DNA of 59,750 bases, counting the filler. It is 3 parts of 3 records of this genome, joined end to end, with 100 filler letters (N's around TTAATTAATTAA, not from the genome) between each part and the next. Parts side by side here need not be neighbours in the genome. Positions count along the whole stretch, not along the records: positions 1 to 30,084 come from DRR378314_57; positions 30,185 to 50,613 come from DRR378314_59; 1 more part is not named here. One strand, given 5' to 3'. A program made the translations under genes and the position numbers. The notes beneath the pieces were generated by a model. The model saw nothing but the letters and a program-made list of their open reading frames with translations. It ran no database searches and was not told where the DNA came from. This document shows positions 30,029 to 40,166 of this stretch, in pieces. Every line of letters starts with the position of its first letter. Within the stretch, counting starts at the first letter, position 1.

Positions 30029-30038
30029 TGTTTTTTAA

Positions 30039-30084
30039 TTAAAATTGATATCTGATCATCATTTCAATAGATCCGTTGTTGTTT
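30039..30084 (-). CDS. 3' end of a truncated outer-membrane beta-barrel gene (PorP/SprF-like C-terminus)
   Basis: Manual translation NNNGSIEMMIRYQF*: terminal YxF beta-signal followed by a terminator; cut by the spacer. Confidence 0.5.
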
Positions 30085-30184
30085 NNNNNNNNNNNNNNNN
30101 NNNNNNNNNNNNNNNNNNNNNNNNNNNNTTAATTAATTAANNNNNNNNNNNNNNNNNNNNNNNNNNNNNNNNNNNNNNNNNNNN
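30085..30184. other. Artificial contig spacer (44 N + TTAATTAATTAA + 44 N)
   Basis: Exactly 100 nt; the palindromic core has stops in all six frames; identical copy at 50614. Confidence 0.97.
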
Positions 30185-31258
30185 ACAAGGTCCACACCAA
30201 GTTGCCCAAACATCGATATATACATACTTTCCTTTTAAATCATCTAAAGAAGTTGTTCCTCCTTTATAATTTTCATAGTCAACAAATTTTGGAGAAGCCT
30301 GCCCTTTAGCTAATTTTCTTAGAGTATTATAGCTCTTTTCAATAGCTTCATTGTTCTCTTTATTTGTAGATCCAGCTGCTTTATATGCTGCGTAAAACCC
30401 TTCTATGTCATCTGTATAAGTAATTGGGAATTGAGAAGCTTCGTGTATAAGCGTATTCTTTATAGTTTGATTTTCAATTTGTGCACAAACTTGTAACATG
30501 GCAATGCTTCTATCTAAATTTTCATCAGCATCGGTTAATTCATTAGCTTTCTTTCTATAATGATCTGAAACTAAAGACTTATATGCAGGCGAAAAATTAA
30601 AATCCTCAACATTGTCAAATTTCACATCATTTAGTTCACTTAAAAACTCTTTTGAAGGTTCAAAACCTTTCTTTTTTGCATAATAAGAATGATAAGATTT
30701 ATACATGTTTATTTTTCCTAAATAATCATATTGTATATTTCTTTCTTCTTTTAATTTATAGTCATTATTAATTCCTAAAGCAGCATTTAAAAGATCTTTT
30801 TGAGCAGTTTTTATACCATACATTGTTTTTTTGTAGTCTGCTTCACCTTGAGTGTAAACGGTTGTTCCTTCACCCATCAATTCTTTAGATTTCTTGTCTT
30901 TAGCAACTAAGTAATTACTAATTTCAAAACCATTTCCAGATAAAGCTAATGATTTGTCAAAATCTTTTGCATCGTAATTAATTGCTATATTATCTCCTGC
31001 ATTTAAGTATAATGGAGTTGCATTTCTACCTTGATATAATAAAAACTGACCAGCTACTTTAACGGTATCAGCAAAAGTACCATCTTCTGCAATTGCAATT
31101 TTATGTCTTTTAAAAGATCTATCTGATGTTCCATACAGAGTCATCTCTTTTTTATCAGCATTTGCTATTTTTCCTGTAATTATTGCGTAATCTACAGGAG
31201 TTTCATTTTTACAAGAAACAATTGCAATACCCGCAACTAATAACCATAATTTTTTCAT
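30185..31258 (-). CDS. TlpA-family disulfide reductase lipoprotein (3'-truncated at the spacer)
   Basis: Lipobox IVSC; LKGKYVYIDVWATWCGPC. Confidence 0.92.
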
Positions 31259-31378
31259 GACGTTGTTTGTTTGAATTTTTGTTGGCTAAATGTACAAAAA
31301 TGATTAGATATTATTAGGTAATTGTGAATATTTTAATAGAAAACATAAGAAACTTATGAAATCAATAACCCTATGGAT

Positions 31379-32686
31379 TTACTGGGATATCTTAATATTT
31401 GTAATCTTTTTTGTGTTGTGAGAAACCATAAATCGTTGATCTTGTCTTTTTCCAATTATCCAAATAATATTATCTCCAGAAGTGAGAACCCAAGTTGTTT
31501 CTTTGTCGATTAAAGAATATTTTTCATCTTTAAAATATTTACCTAATTTTTTCTTTCCTTTCATCCCTTTTGGGTAAAAGTAATCTCCAGGCAACCACTT
31601 TCTTAATGTTAAAGGGAATGTAATTGTGTTTTCGTCAATAAATATACTTGATAAAGATTCTTCAGATGTTTTTAATACACTTTTTAAAGTAATACGAATT
31701 GGAAAAGTAAAACTAGAATTGGTCTTTGAAATTAAAAATTCTTTTTTGCTTTCTCCTGCATTTATTTTTGTTACATATAAAAACTCACGATCCTTTAATA
31801 AACGATGTGTTTTTGAGAGTACAAATTTTCCTGATTGACTTTCTAATAAATGATTAACATCATTCCACTCTGTAAATTCAAATTCTTTTAGAATCTCAAA
31901 TAAATAAGGTTTGTAATTTGGTATTTGTTTAATTACTGAAATCTTAATTTTTATGTACTCATTTGTAGTTGTAAAAGCTTCTTTTTTTAAATTACTAACA
32001 GTGTCGTTAATAATTTCTTGACTTCCTTTTAAGTTAGTTATGGTTTTTTGAAAAGAAGATAATAACGAAGGGTTAATCTCTTTTAAAATAGGAACAATTT
32101 GATGCCTTATTTTATTTCGAGTATATTTTGTTGTTGAATTGCTTTGGTCTTCACGCCATTCAATTTGGTTTTGATTGGCATATGATTCTATTTCATTTCT
32201 AGAAAAATTTAACAAAGGCCTTATAATTTTGTTGTTAACTACTGGAATACCAGTCAGTCCATCCAAACCAGTTCCTCTTGTTAAATTTATGATAAAGGTT
32301 TCTAAATTATCATCTAAATGATGAGCGGTTAATATATAATCAAATTTATTTTTAGCAGATAATTCTTTAAACCACTTATATCTTAAGTCTCTAGCTGCAA
32401 TTTGAGTAGATATTTTGTTTTCTTGAGCATATGATTTTGTGTCAAAGCAGCTACAAAAAGTTTTGATTGCTAATTTTTGACCTACGTTTTGCACAAAACT
32501 TTCATCTTTATCACTTTCAGTACCTCTCAAATTAAAATTACAATGCGCTAAAGAAATGTCATAATTTAAAGAATGAAATATTGCAGTTAAAACCATACTG
32601 TCTATTCCGCCAGAAACAGCGAGCAAGAGCTTTTTTCCCTTTAAAAAAGGAAGATTTTGGTCAATATGGTTTTTAAATTTGTTCAT
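31379..32686 (-). CDS. tilS: tRNA(Ile)-lysidine synthetase
   Basis: PP-loop SGGIDS, HCNF.LRG, ARDLRY, TAHHLDD, IRPLL, D.SN and RNKIR motifs; TilS C-terminal domain. Confidence 0.97.
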   Translation of the reverse strand: MNKFKNHIDQNLPFLKGKKLLLAVSGGIDSMVLTAIFHSLNYDISLAHCNFNLRGTESDKDESFVQNVGQKLAIKTFCSCFDTKSYAQENKISTQIAARDLRYKWFKELSAKNKFDYILTAHHLDDNLETFIINLTRGTGLDGLTGIPVVNNKIIRPLLNFSRNEIESYANQNQIEWREDQSNSTTKYTRNKIRHQIVPILKEINPSLLSSFQKTITNLKGSQEIINDTVSNLKKEAFTTTNEYIKIKISVIKQIPNYKPYLFEILKEFEFTEWNDVNHLLESQSGKFVLSKTHRLLKDREFLYVTKINAGESKKEFLISKTNSSFTFPIRITLKSVLKTSEESLSSIFIDENTITFPLTLRKWLPGDYFYPKGMKGKKKLGKYFKDEKYSLIDKETTWVLTSGDNIIWIIGKRQDQRFMVSHNTKKITNIKISQ

Positions 32687-32715
32687 CACAACCTTTCTAA
32701 GGTACTAATAGTTTC

Positions 32716-32958
32716 TTAACTTCTATTCTTTTTGTTAATCCAAGTTTGAATCATCTTTTTTAAAGAGACTTCTGGTTTTGGTAACGGAATGGTTTTTCCA
32801 ATTTGCTTACTTCTGTTAAATTTTGAATAGGCAATTTTGTGTTTTTTCCAATCTTCTGGATATATTTTTATAAATTGATTAAAAACTTCCTGAACCATAA
32901 AAGGCTTTTCTAACTCAACTAATGTTTTTTCTATTTTAATCTCAAAATCAACTATCAT
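32716..32958 (-). CDS. Hypothetical 80-aa basic protein
   Basis: ATG 1 nt after the pabB stop; fills the pabB-tilS gap. Confidence 0.65.
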   Translation of the reverse strand: MIVDFEIKIEKTLVELEKPFMVQEVFNQFIKIYPEDWKKHKIAYSKFNRSKQIGKTIPLPKPEVSLKKMIQTWINKKNRS

Positions 32959-32959
32959 T

Positions 32960-34264
32960 TTAATCTAATTTGGTGAGCACATGTTTCATTGCTTTTGCTT
33001 TTAATAAACATTCTTCATATTCTTTTTCTGGAGTAGATTTTGATGTAATAGCTCCACCTACAGAAAAGGAAACGTAATTATTTTTTTTGTTAAACAAGAT
33101 ACTTCTAATGACAACATTAAAATCAAAATCTCCATTTGGAGAAAAGTAACCAATAGCCCCAGAATATAATCCTCTTTTAGTCTCTTCTTCTTTCTCTATA
33201 ATTTGCATAGCAGATACCTTAGGTGCTCCAGTCATACTGCCCATCGGAAAAGTTTCCCTTATAATGTCTACAGAGTTTGTAGAATCCTTAACTTTAGAAA
33301 CTACTGTAGAAATTAATTGATGTACTTGTTTAAAAGAATGGACTTCACATAATTCTTCTACTTTTACAGAGCCTTTTATTGCAGATTTTGAAAGATCATT
33401 TCTAACTAAATCTACAATCATAATATTTTCAGAGCGTTCTTTTTCATCTCTTGCTAATTCAAACGCAATTTGATCATCATCAACTTTACTGTTTAGTCTT
33501 TTAGCAGTTCCTTTAATAGGTTGAGAGATTATTTTTGAATGAACTCTTTTAATATACCTTTCTGGTGATGCAGATAATAAAAATTGATCTTCTATTCTAA
33601 AAAATGTAGCAAATGGCGGTTCTGAAATAGAATTTAAATGATGATACGCTTTTAATGGATTTATTGAAGCATTTTCTGCATAAAACTCTTGACAAAAATT
33701 TGCTTCATAAATATCTCCTCTATGAATGTGATTTAGAATTGAATTTACCTTTTGGTAATATTCATCCTTATGAATTCTCAATTTAATTTTAAGATCGTAT
33801 TTCTCAGGATTAATTTGAGATTTTAATGACTGATTATTGATAGAATCAAGATCGCAATCAATTTCATCATCTATCATTTTTAAATAACAAAAATCTACTT
33901 GATTTCCTTTGATAAATATTATTCTTTGGGGTTGAAAAAAATACAAATCAGCAAAATGTAATCCGTCAAAATTATTAGAAGATAACTTTTCAACATCATT
34001 TTTAAGGTCATAACTTAAATAACCAAACAAATAGTCATTCGTAATCAATTGATATTCCTTTAATTTATCAAAAGCATTTGTGTAATCAGTTTTTACTGAT
34101 GTAAATTCATCAACTGCTAATACAGCATCGAAAGAAGAGTATTTCTGATTATATTGGTTAGAATCTAGCCAAGAAATTGCTTCAAATTGTTGAGCCCAAA
34201 TTAAAATTTTAGATTTGAATTCGTCAATTTGATCAATAGTAAAAGATTTTTTGATTCTCTTCAT
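32960..34264 (-). CDS. pabB: Aminodeoxychorismate synthase component I (chorismate-binding)
   Basis: GDIYEAN, SASPERY, PIKGT, ENIMIVDLVRND, FPMGSMTGAPK and GGAIT motifs. ATG at 34264. Confidence 0.9.
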   Translation of the reverse strand: MKRIKKSFTIDQIDEFKSKILIWAQQFEAISWLDSNQYNQKYSSFDAVLAVDEFTSVKTDYTNAFDKLKEYQLITNDYLFGYLSYDLKNDVEKLSSNNFDGLHFADLYFFQPQRIIFIKGNQVDFCYLKMIDDEIDCDLDSINNQSLKSQINPEKYDLKIKLRIHKDEYYQKVNSILNHIHRGDIYEANFCQEFYAENASINPLKAYHHLNSISEPPFATFFRIEDQFLLSASPERYIKRVHSKIISQPIKGTAKRLNSKVDDDQIAFELARDEKERSENIMIVDLVRNDLSKSAIKGSVKVEELCEVHSFKQVHQLISTVVSKVKDSTNSVDIIRETFPMGSMTGAPKVSAMQIIEKEEETKRGLYSGAIGYFSPNGDFDFNVVIRSILFNKKNNYVSFSVGGAITSKSTPEKEYEECLLKAKAMKHVLTKLD

Positions 34265-34270
34265 GGTGTG

Positions 34271-34278
34271 CAAAAATA
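34271..34278 (-). promoter_or_regulatory. -7 promoter element TATTTTTG, 6 nt from the pabB ATG
   Basis: Exact TAnnTTTG match. Confidence 0.65.
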
Positions 34279-34404
34279 CAAACCATAAAACTAATAAGCT
34301 AATATTTGTTTTTAGTTAGTTCAGCCCTTTTTTTAAGTTATCAGTAGAATTTTTTCGATATTCGAAAAATGAATTGTTACTTTACCCTACACAAAATTAA
34401 AATT

Positions 34405-36222
34405 ATGGTATCATTAAGTACATTAGATTATACATTAATTATCTCATTTTTCTCAATAGTATTATTTATTGGGATTTACGTTTCTAAGAAATCTGGAAAA
34501 AACTCAACAGAATTTTTCCTGTCAGGAAGAACAATGCCTTGGTGGTTATTAGGATTATCTATGGTTGCTACTACCTTTTCTACAGATACACCAAATTTAG
34601 TGACAGATATTGTGAGAACCAATGGAGTTTCTGGAAACTGGTCTTGGTGGGCATTTTTAATTACTGGATTATTAACTGTTTTTGTCTATGCCAAACTATG
34701 GAGGAAATCAAATGTAAATACAGATTTAGAATTTTATGAAATACGTTATGGAGGTGCACCAGCAAAGTTCTTAAGAAAATTTAGAGCTTTATATCTGGGA
34801 GTAATTTTTAATGTAATAACAATGTCTGCAGTAACATTAGCAGCTATTAAAATTGGTGGAATCATGTTAGGATTAGAACCTTGGCAAACTGTAGTAAGTG
34901 CTGGTTTAATTACCGTTGTTTTTAGTGCTGTTGGAGGTTTTAAAGGTGTTGTATATACAGACTTTATTTTATTTTTTGTTGCTATGGGTGGAGCCATTTG
35001 GGCGGCAGTATATTTAGTTAACCTTCCAGAAGTTGGAGGTTTAGATGCTTTATTATCCAACGAAAATGTAGCGGGTAAATTATCTATTTTACCAGATTTT
35101 AATAATACAGAAGCTTTAATTACATTATTAATTATTCCGTTGGCAGTTCAATGGTGGAGTTCTTGGTATCCAGGTGCAGAACCAGGAGGTGGAGGTTATA
35201 TTGCTCAACGTATGTTAGCAGCAAAAGACGCCAACCATGCAATTGGAGCTACTTTCTTTTTTAATATTATGCATTATGCAATTAGACCTTGGCCATGGAT
35301 TTTGGTTGCTTTAGCTTCTCTGGTTATGTTTCCGGATTTAGCTAGTATTAGTGAAGCTTTTCCTAATATAGCACAAGATAAATTAGGACACGATTTAGCA
35401 TATTCAGCAATGTTAACTAAATTACCAAGTGGTTTGTTAGGTATTGTTTTAGCCTCTTTAGTTGCCGCATATATGAGTACTATTTCTACTCAATTAAATT
35501 GGGGTTCTTCGTATATTGTTTTTGACTTTTATAAACAACATGTGAATCCAAAAGCTTCAGAAAAAAAATTAGTAGCTGTTGGAAGAATTTCTACTGTTCT
35601 ATTAATGGTTTTAAGTGCAGGATTAGCTTTGCTGATGCAAAATGCAATGGAAGTTTTTGAAATGATGTTATTATTTGGAGCAGGAACTGGTTTGATTTTT
35701 ATTTTAAGATGGTTTTGGTGGAGAATTAATGCTTGGACAGAAATTTCTGCAATGTTTGCATCTGGAATTTTATCAATTGTATTAAAAGTGACGCCATTTG
35801 GAGATTATCTTTTCGCGGCTGAAACTGGTGTTTTCCCAAGTTGGTTTGAAATTCCGTTTGTAGTTTTAATTACATCTATTATTTGGCTTGTAGCCACTTT
35901 AGTTACGCAGCCAGAGTCAAAAGAAGTTTTAAATAATTTTTATGATAGAATTCAGCCAGGTGGACCAGGATGGTCTAAGGTTGTAAATCAGGCAAATAAA
36001 GAGGGGATTGATTTAATTCATGATAAAAATGAAGGATGGAATGTGCCTTCGGGTATTTTAGCCATGTTATTAGGTTGTGTACTTATTTATAGTTGCATGT
36101 TTACTACTGGATATTGGATTTATGGAGAAACTACTTTAGCAATTAGCACAACTATATCTGCTGTTGTATCAGGTTTTTTATTAATAAAAACATGGAAAAA
36201 AATTAAAGCGACAGCCTTGTAA
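34405..36222 (+). CDS. Sodium:solute symporter (SSS) family protein
   Basis: FFLSGR.MPWW, SMVATTF, GGFKGVVYTD, QRML and AAYMST motifs; many TM helices. ATG at 34405. Confidence 0.95.
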   Translation: MVSLSTLDYTLIISFFSIVLFIGIYVSKKSGKNSTEFFLSGRTMPWWLLGLSMVATTFSTDTPNLVTDIVRTNGVSGNWSWWAFLITGLLTVFVYAKLWRKSNVNTDLEFYEIRYGGAPAKFLRKFRALYLGVIFNVITMSAVTLAAIKIGGIMLGLEPWQTVVSAGLITVVFSAVGGFKGVVYTDFILFFVAMGGAIWAAVYLVNLPEVGGLDALLSNENVAGKLSILPDFNNTEALITLLIIPLAVQWWSSWYPGAEPGGGGYIAQRMLAAKDANHAIGATFFFNIMHYAIRPWPWILVALASLVMFPDLASISEAFPNIAQDKLGHDLAYSAMLTKLPSGLLGIVLASLVAAYMSTISTQLNWGSSYIVFDFYKQHVNPKASEKKLVAVGRISTVLLMVLSAGLALLMQNAMEVFEMMLLFGAGTGLIFILRWFWWRINAWTEISAMFASGILSIVLKVTPFGDYLFAAETGVFPSWFEIPFVVLITSIIWLVATLVTQPESKEVLNNFYDRIQPGGPGWSKVVNQANKEGIDLIHDKNEGWNVPSGILAMLLGCVLIYSCMFTTGYWIYGETTLAISTTISAVVSGFLLIKTWKKIKATAL

Positions 36223-36223
36223 A

Positions 36224-37312
36224 ATGAATTCAAGAATTGAATCTGTAGATTTATTAAGAGGAATCACAATAGTAGCAATGATTTTGGTTAATACACCAGG
36301 ATCTTGGAGTGCTGTTTATCCTCCTTTACTTCATGCACAGTGGCATGGTTATACACCAACAGATTTGATTTTTCCGTTTTTCCTTTTTATCGTTGGTACG
36401 TCAATAGCATTTGCTTATAAAAATAAAAAAACTAGTTCAGTTGTTTATCGAAAAATTACAATCCGAAGTATAAAATTGATAGGTTTAGGGTTGTTTCTAG
36501 CAGCTTTTCTTCCATATTTTCCCTTTGTAAAAGATGTAAGTTTAATAAGAATTCCAGGTGTATTACAACGAATTGGAATCGTATTCTTTTTTACAGCAAT
36601 TTTAAGTCTGCATTTCAATTGGAAAGCATTATTAGGGATAACTATAGTATTGTTATTTGGTTATTGGGTTTGGCTTGGATTTATTCCTTTGCCAGATGGA
36701 AGTTTACCAACTTTTGAAAGAGCAACTAATAACTGGGCAAATTACATAGATGTAACTTTATTAAAAAACCATACTTGGAAGCCAGATTATGATCCTGAAG
36801 GAGTATTAAGTACTATACCATCTATTGCATCTGCATTAATTGGGGTTTTGATAGGTAAAGTAATTTTGCATCAGCATTATATGAAAACTGGATTATTACT
36901 TTTATTAGGTGCTGGTTTGATTGGTTTAGGATATTTATGGAATGTTTGGTTTCCGTTTAATAAAGCAATCTGGTCTAGTAGTTTCGTTTTGGTTACTGCA
37001 GGTTGGGCAACATTAATTTTAGGGTTGCTTTATTATATTAATGATGTTAAAAAAATAAGAATAGGAAGTGTTTTTAAACAAGTAGGTTCAAACGCGATTG
37101 TAATTTATTTTGCTTCTAGCTTTATTTCTAAAGTTTTTTATTTGATTAACATTGGGGACACAACAATACACGGTTGGATTTATAAAACATTTTTCAAAAG
37201 TTTTATTTCTATAGATAAATTAGCATCTTTAGCTTATGCAATAAGCGTTGTTCTTTTTTATATGCTTATTGGATATATTATGTTTAAAAAAAGAATTTTT
37301 ATTAAAGTTTAA
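36224..37312 (+). CDS. Heparan-alpha-glucosaminide N-acetyltransferase (HGSNAT)/NagX-like membrane protein
   Basis: DLLRG, MILVN, LLHAQWHG, DLIFPFFLFIVG, GVLQRI, DPEG and NKAIWS motifs. Confidence 0.9.
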   Translation: MNSRIESVDLLRGITIVAMILVNTPGSWSAVYPPLLHAQWHGYTPTDLIFPFFLFIVGTSIAFAYKNKKTSSVVYRKITIRSIKLIGLGLFLAAFLPYFPFVKDVSLIRIPGVLQRIGIVFFFTAILSLHFNWKALLGITIVLLFGYWVWLGFIPLPDGSLPTFERATNNWANYIDVTLLKNHTWKPDYDPEGVLSTIPSIASALIGVLIGKVILHQHYMKTGLLLLLGAGLIGLGYLWNVWFPFNKAIWSSSFVLVTAGWATLILGLLYYINDVKKIRIGSVFKQVGSNAIVIYFASSFISKVFYLINIGDTTIHGWIYKTFFKSFISIDKLASLAYAISVVLFYMLIGYIMFKKRIFIKV

Positions 37313-37332
37313 TAATGAGTGAAGAATATTTG

Positions 37333-37370
37333 ATAAAAAAAAGCAACTCATTAGAGTTGCTTTTTTTTAT
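37333..37370. terminator. Bidirectional intrinsic terminator
   Basis: ATAAAAAAAAGCAACTC-ATTA-GAGTTGCTTTTTTTTAT between convergent genes. Confidence 0.9.
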
Positions 37371-37383
37371 TTAAAATAATTTT

Positions 37384-38784
37384 TTATGCATTTAATGGTT
37401 TACCATCCCAAGCGGCTTTAGCAGCTTCTTTCATAGCTTCAGAATAGGTTGGGTGTCCATGACAAATTCTAGCTAAGTCTTCTGCAGAAGCTCTATACTC
37501 CATGGCAACAGCTGCTTCCATAATTAAGTCAGCAGCACGTGCACCAACAATATGAACACCTAATACTTCATCAGTAGTTTTGTCTGCTAAAACTTTTACA
37601 AAACCATCAATATCACCACTTGCTCTAGATCTACCTAAGGCTCTCATTGAGAATTTTCCAGCTTTATAAGCTACACCGGCAGTTTTTAATTCATCTTCTG
37701 TTTTACCAACTGCAGCAACTTCTGGCCAAGTGTAAACAATACCGGGTATTAAGTTGTAATCTATATGAGGTTTTTGACCAGCTAAATATTCAGCAACAAC
37801 AACTCCTTCTTCTTCAGCTTTATGTGCTAACATTGCTCCTTTAACTACATCACCAATTGCGTATATGTTAGAAATGTTAGTTTGTAAATGATCATTTACT
37901 TCAACTTGATTTCTTTCATTTAATTGAACGCCAGCATTTTCTAAACCTAATCCTTGTGTAAAAGGTTTACGTCCAACAGCAACTAAACAATAATCACCAG
38001 TAAATTCAACTTCTCTCCCTTTTTTATCTGTTGCTTTAACTAATACTTCTTCTCCTTTTCTTTCTACTGCAGAAACTCCATGACTAGTTGCAAATTTTAT
38101 ACCTTGTTTCTTTAAAACCTTCTGCAATTCTTTAGAAACATCTGCATCCATTGTTGGAGTAATCTTTGGAGCGTATTCTACAACTGTAACATTAGCACCT
38201 AATCTTTTATAAACAGATCCAAGTTCTAATCCAATTACACCACCACCAATTACAATTAAATGTTTTGGAACTTCATTTAATTTTAAAGCTTCAGTAGAAG
38301 TGATAATTCTTTCTTTATCTAAAGAAATAAAAGGCAAATTTGAAGGCTTAGAGCCAGTTGCTATAATTATATTTATTCCTTCAATAATTTCTTCAGAACC
38401 ATCATTTTTAGAAATCTTTACGTGAGTTGCATCAACAAAAGAACCTAGCCCTTCAAAAACGTCAATATTGTTTTTATCCATTAGGTATTTAATTCCGCCA
38501 GTAGTTTGCTCTACAACACTAGCTTTTCGTGCAACCATTTTACCAAAATCAAAAGTTGGTTTTTCTACTGAAATACCATGTGTTTCAAAATGGTTTACCG
38601 CATCATAAAAGTGATGCGAAGAATCTAATAGTGCTTTTGATGGAATACAACCAACATTTAAACAAGTACCTCCTAAGGTTGCGTATTTTTCAATAATGGC
38701 AACTTTTTTTCCTAATTGTGATGCTCTTACTGCAGAAATGTATCCTCCAGGTCCAGAACCGATAACGATAATATCGTATTTCAT
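37384..38784 (-). CDS. lpdA: Dihydrolipoyl dehydrogenase
   Basis: GSGPGG, GGTCLNVGCIPSK, GGGVIGLE and HPTYSE motifs. Confidence 0.98.
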   Translation of the reverse strand: MKYDIIVIGSGPGGYISAVRASQLGKKVAIIEKYATLGGTCLNVGCIPSKALLDSSHHFYDAVNHFETHGISVEKPTFDFGKMVARKASVVEQTTGGIKYLMDKNNIDVFEGLGSFVDATHVKISKNDGSEEIIEGINIIIATGSKPSNLPFISLDKERIITSTEALKLNEVPKHLIVIGGGVIGLELGSVYKRLGANVTVVEYAPKITPTMDADVSKELQKVLKKQGIKFATSHGVSAVERKGEEVLVKATDKKGREVEFTGDYCLVAVGRKPFTQGLGLENAGVQLNERNQVEVNDHLQTNISNIYAIGDVVKGAMLAHKAEEEGVVVAEYLAGQKPHIDYNLIPGIVYTWPEVAAVGKTEDELKTAGVAYKAGKFSMRALGRSRASGDIDGFVKVLADKTTDEVLGVHIVGARAADLIMEAAVAMEYRASAEDLARICHGHPTYSEAMKEAAKAAWDGKPLNA

Positions 38785-38818
38785 TGTAATTGAATTTTGT
38801 TTTTACAAATAACAGCTA

Positions 38819-38826
38819 CAAATTTA
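38819..38826 (-). promoter_or_regulatory. -7 promoter element TAAATTTG for lpdA
   Basis: Exact TAnnTTTG match. Confidence 0.65.
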
Positions 38827-38930
38827 CAATAATTGTAGATTTTAACTCCTATTGTCAAAGAATTGTTTTTAGTTGTTTTTTTGTCGTTTTTTGTTGTTGT
38901 AAATTTCAAAGAGGTTAAGAAAGTTTATTC

Positions 38931-40166
38931 ATGGAAAAAGTTTTAATTATAGGAGCTGTTTGGGTTGAGCCAAATTCTTCTGCAGCAGGAAGCAGGATGT
39001 TGCAATTGATCAAATTATTTATTGAAGATAATTACGAAGTTACTTTTGCTACCACTACTCAGAAAACCACAAATGCTTTTAACTTAACTGCTCTTGGAGT
39101 TATAGAGAATTCTATAGAATTAAATAGTTCATCATTTGACTCTTTTGTAAAAGAGTTAAATCCATCTATAGTTGTTTTTGACCGTTTTATGATAGAAGAA
39201 CAGTTTGGATGGAGAGTTGCAGATCATTGCCCAAATGCATTAAGAGTGTTAGATACTGAGGATTTACATTCGTTGAGAAAATCTAGGCAAGAAGCAATAA
39301 AAAAAGGGAAGATATTTTCATATGATGATTTGTTAACGTCTGATGTTTCTAAAAGAGAAATTGCGGCAATTTTACGTTGTGATGTATCATTAATCATTTC
39401 TTCTTTTGAAATGGAGTTACTTCAAAAAGTATTTAATATTGATAAGAAATTACTATTTTATTTACCCTTTTTATTTGAAGAAATCTCTCAAAAACAAATT
39501 AACAATTGGCTGCCTTTTGAAGATCGTAATCATTTTGTAACTATTGGAAACTTTTTACATGCTCCAAATGTTGATGCAGTTTTGTATTTAAAAAAAGAGA
39601 TATGGCCACTAATTAAAGATAAGATGCCAAATGCAGAAATGCATATTTATGGAGCTTATCCAACACAACAAATTTTGCAATTACATAATCAACAAGAACG
39701 TTTTTTAATAAAAGGATTTGTTCAAGACGCTGAAAAAGTAGTTTCTGAAGCAAAGGTTTTATTGGCCCCTTTACGTTTTGGCGCAGGAATAAAAGGGAAA
39801 TTGTCTGAGGCCATGTTATGCGGTACTCCGAGTGTTACATCTCAAGTTGGAGCAGAAGGAATGCATTTAGAATTACCTTGGAATGGTTTTATTAAAGATG
39901 AAATTTCTGCTTTTGTAGACAAATCAATAGAACTCTATTCAAATAGAGAAATTTGGGAAAAAGCACAACAGAATGGAGTTAAGATTATTAATCAGTTATA
40001 TAATAAAAGTAAATTAACACCATTGTTTAAATCTCAAATCATCAACTTAAAACATAATTTAAGTAAGCATAGAAAAGATAATTTTTTAGGGAGTTTATTG
40101 CAATATCAAACTATGAGAAGTACAAAGTATATGAGTAAATGGATTGAAGAGAAAAACAAAAATTAA
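38931..40166 (+). CDS. Glycosyltransferase (GT4-like, GT-B fold)
   Basis: DTEDLH, IGNFLHAPNVD and APLRFGAGIKGK..EAM..G.P motifs. Confidence 0.9.
   Translation: MEKVLIIGAVWVEPNSSAAGSRMLQLIKLFIEDNYEVTFATTTQKTTNAFNLTALGVIENSIELNSSSFDSFVKELNPSIVVFDRFMIEEQFGWRVADHCPNALRVLDTEDLHSLRKSRQEAIKKGKIFSYDDLLTSDVSKREIAAILRCDVSLIISSFEMELLQKVFNIDKKLLFYLPFLFEEISQKQINNWLPFEDRNHFVTIGNFLHAPNVDAVLYLKKEIWPLIKDKMPNAEMHIYGAYPTQQILQLHNQQERFLIKGFVQDAEKVVSEAKVLLAPLRFGAGIKGKLSEAMLCGTPSVTSQVGAEGMHLELPWNGFIKDEISAFVDKSIELYSNREIWEKAQQNGVKIINQLYNKSKLTPLFKSQIINLKHNLSKHRKDNFLGSLLQYQTMRSTKYMSKWIEEKNKN

Noticed and set aside
30129..30140. TTAATTAATTAA palindrome repeated at 50658-50669 as a biological repeat or att site
   Set aside because: It is centred in exact 100-nt N spacers and has stops in all six frames: an assembly linker.
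27985..31258. Defence or toxin island around the first spacer
   Set aside because: No defence-family motifs, and the apparent neighbourhood is created by contig concatenation.
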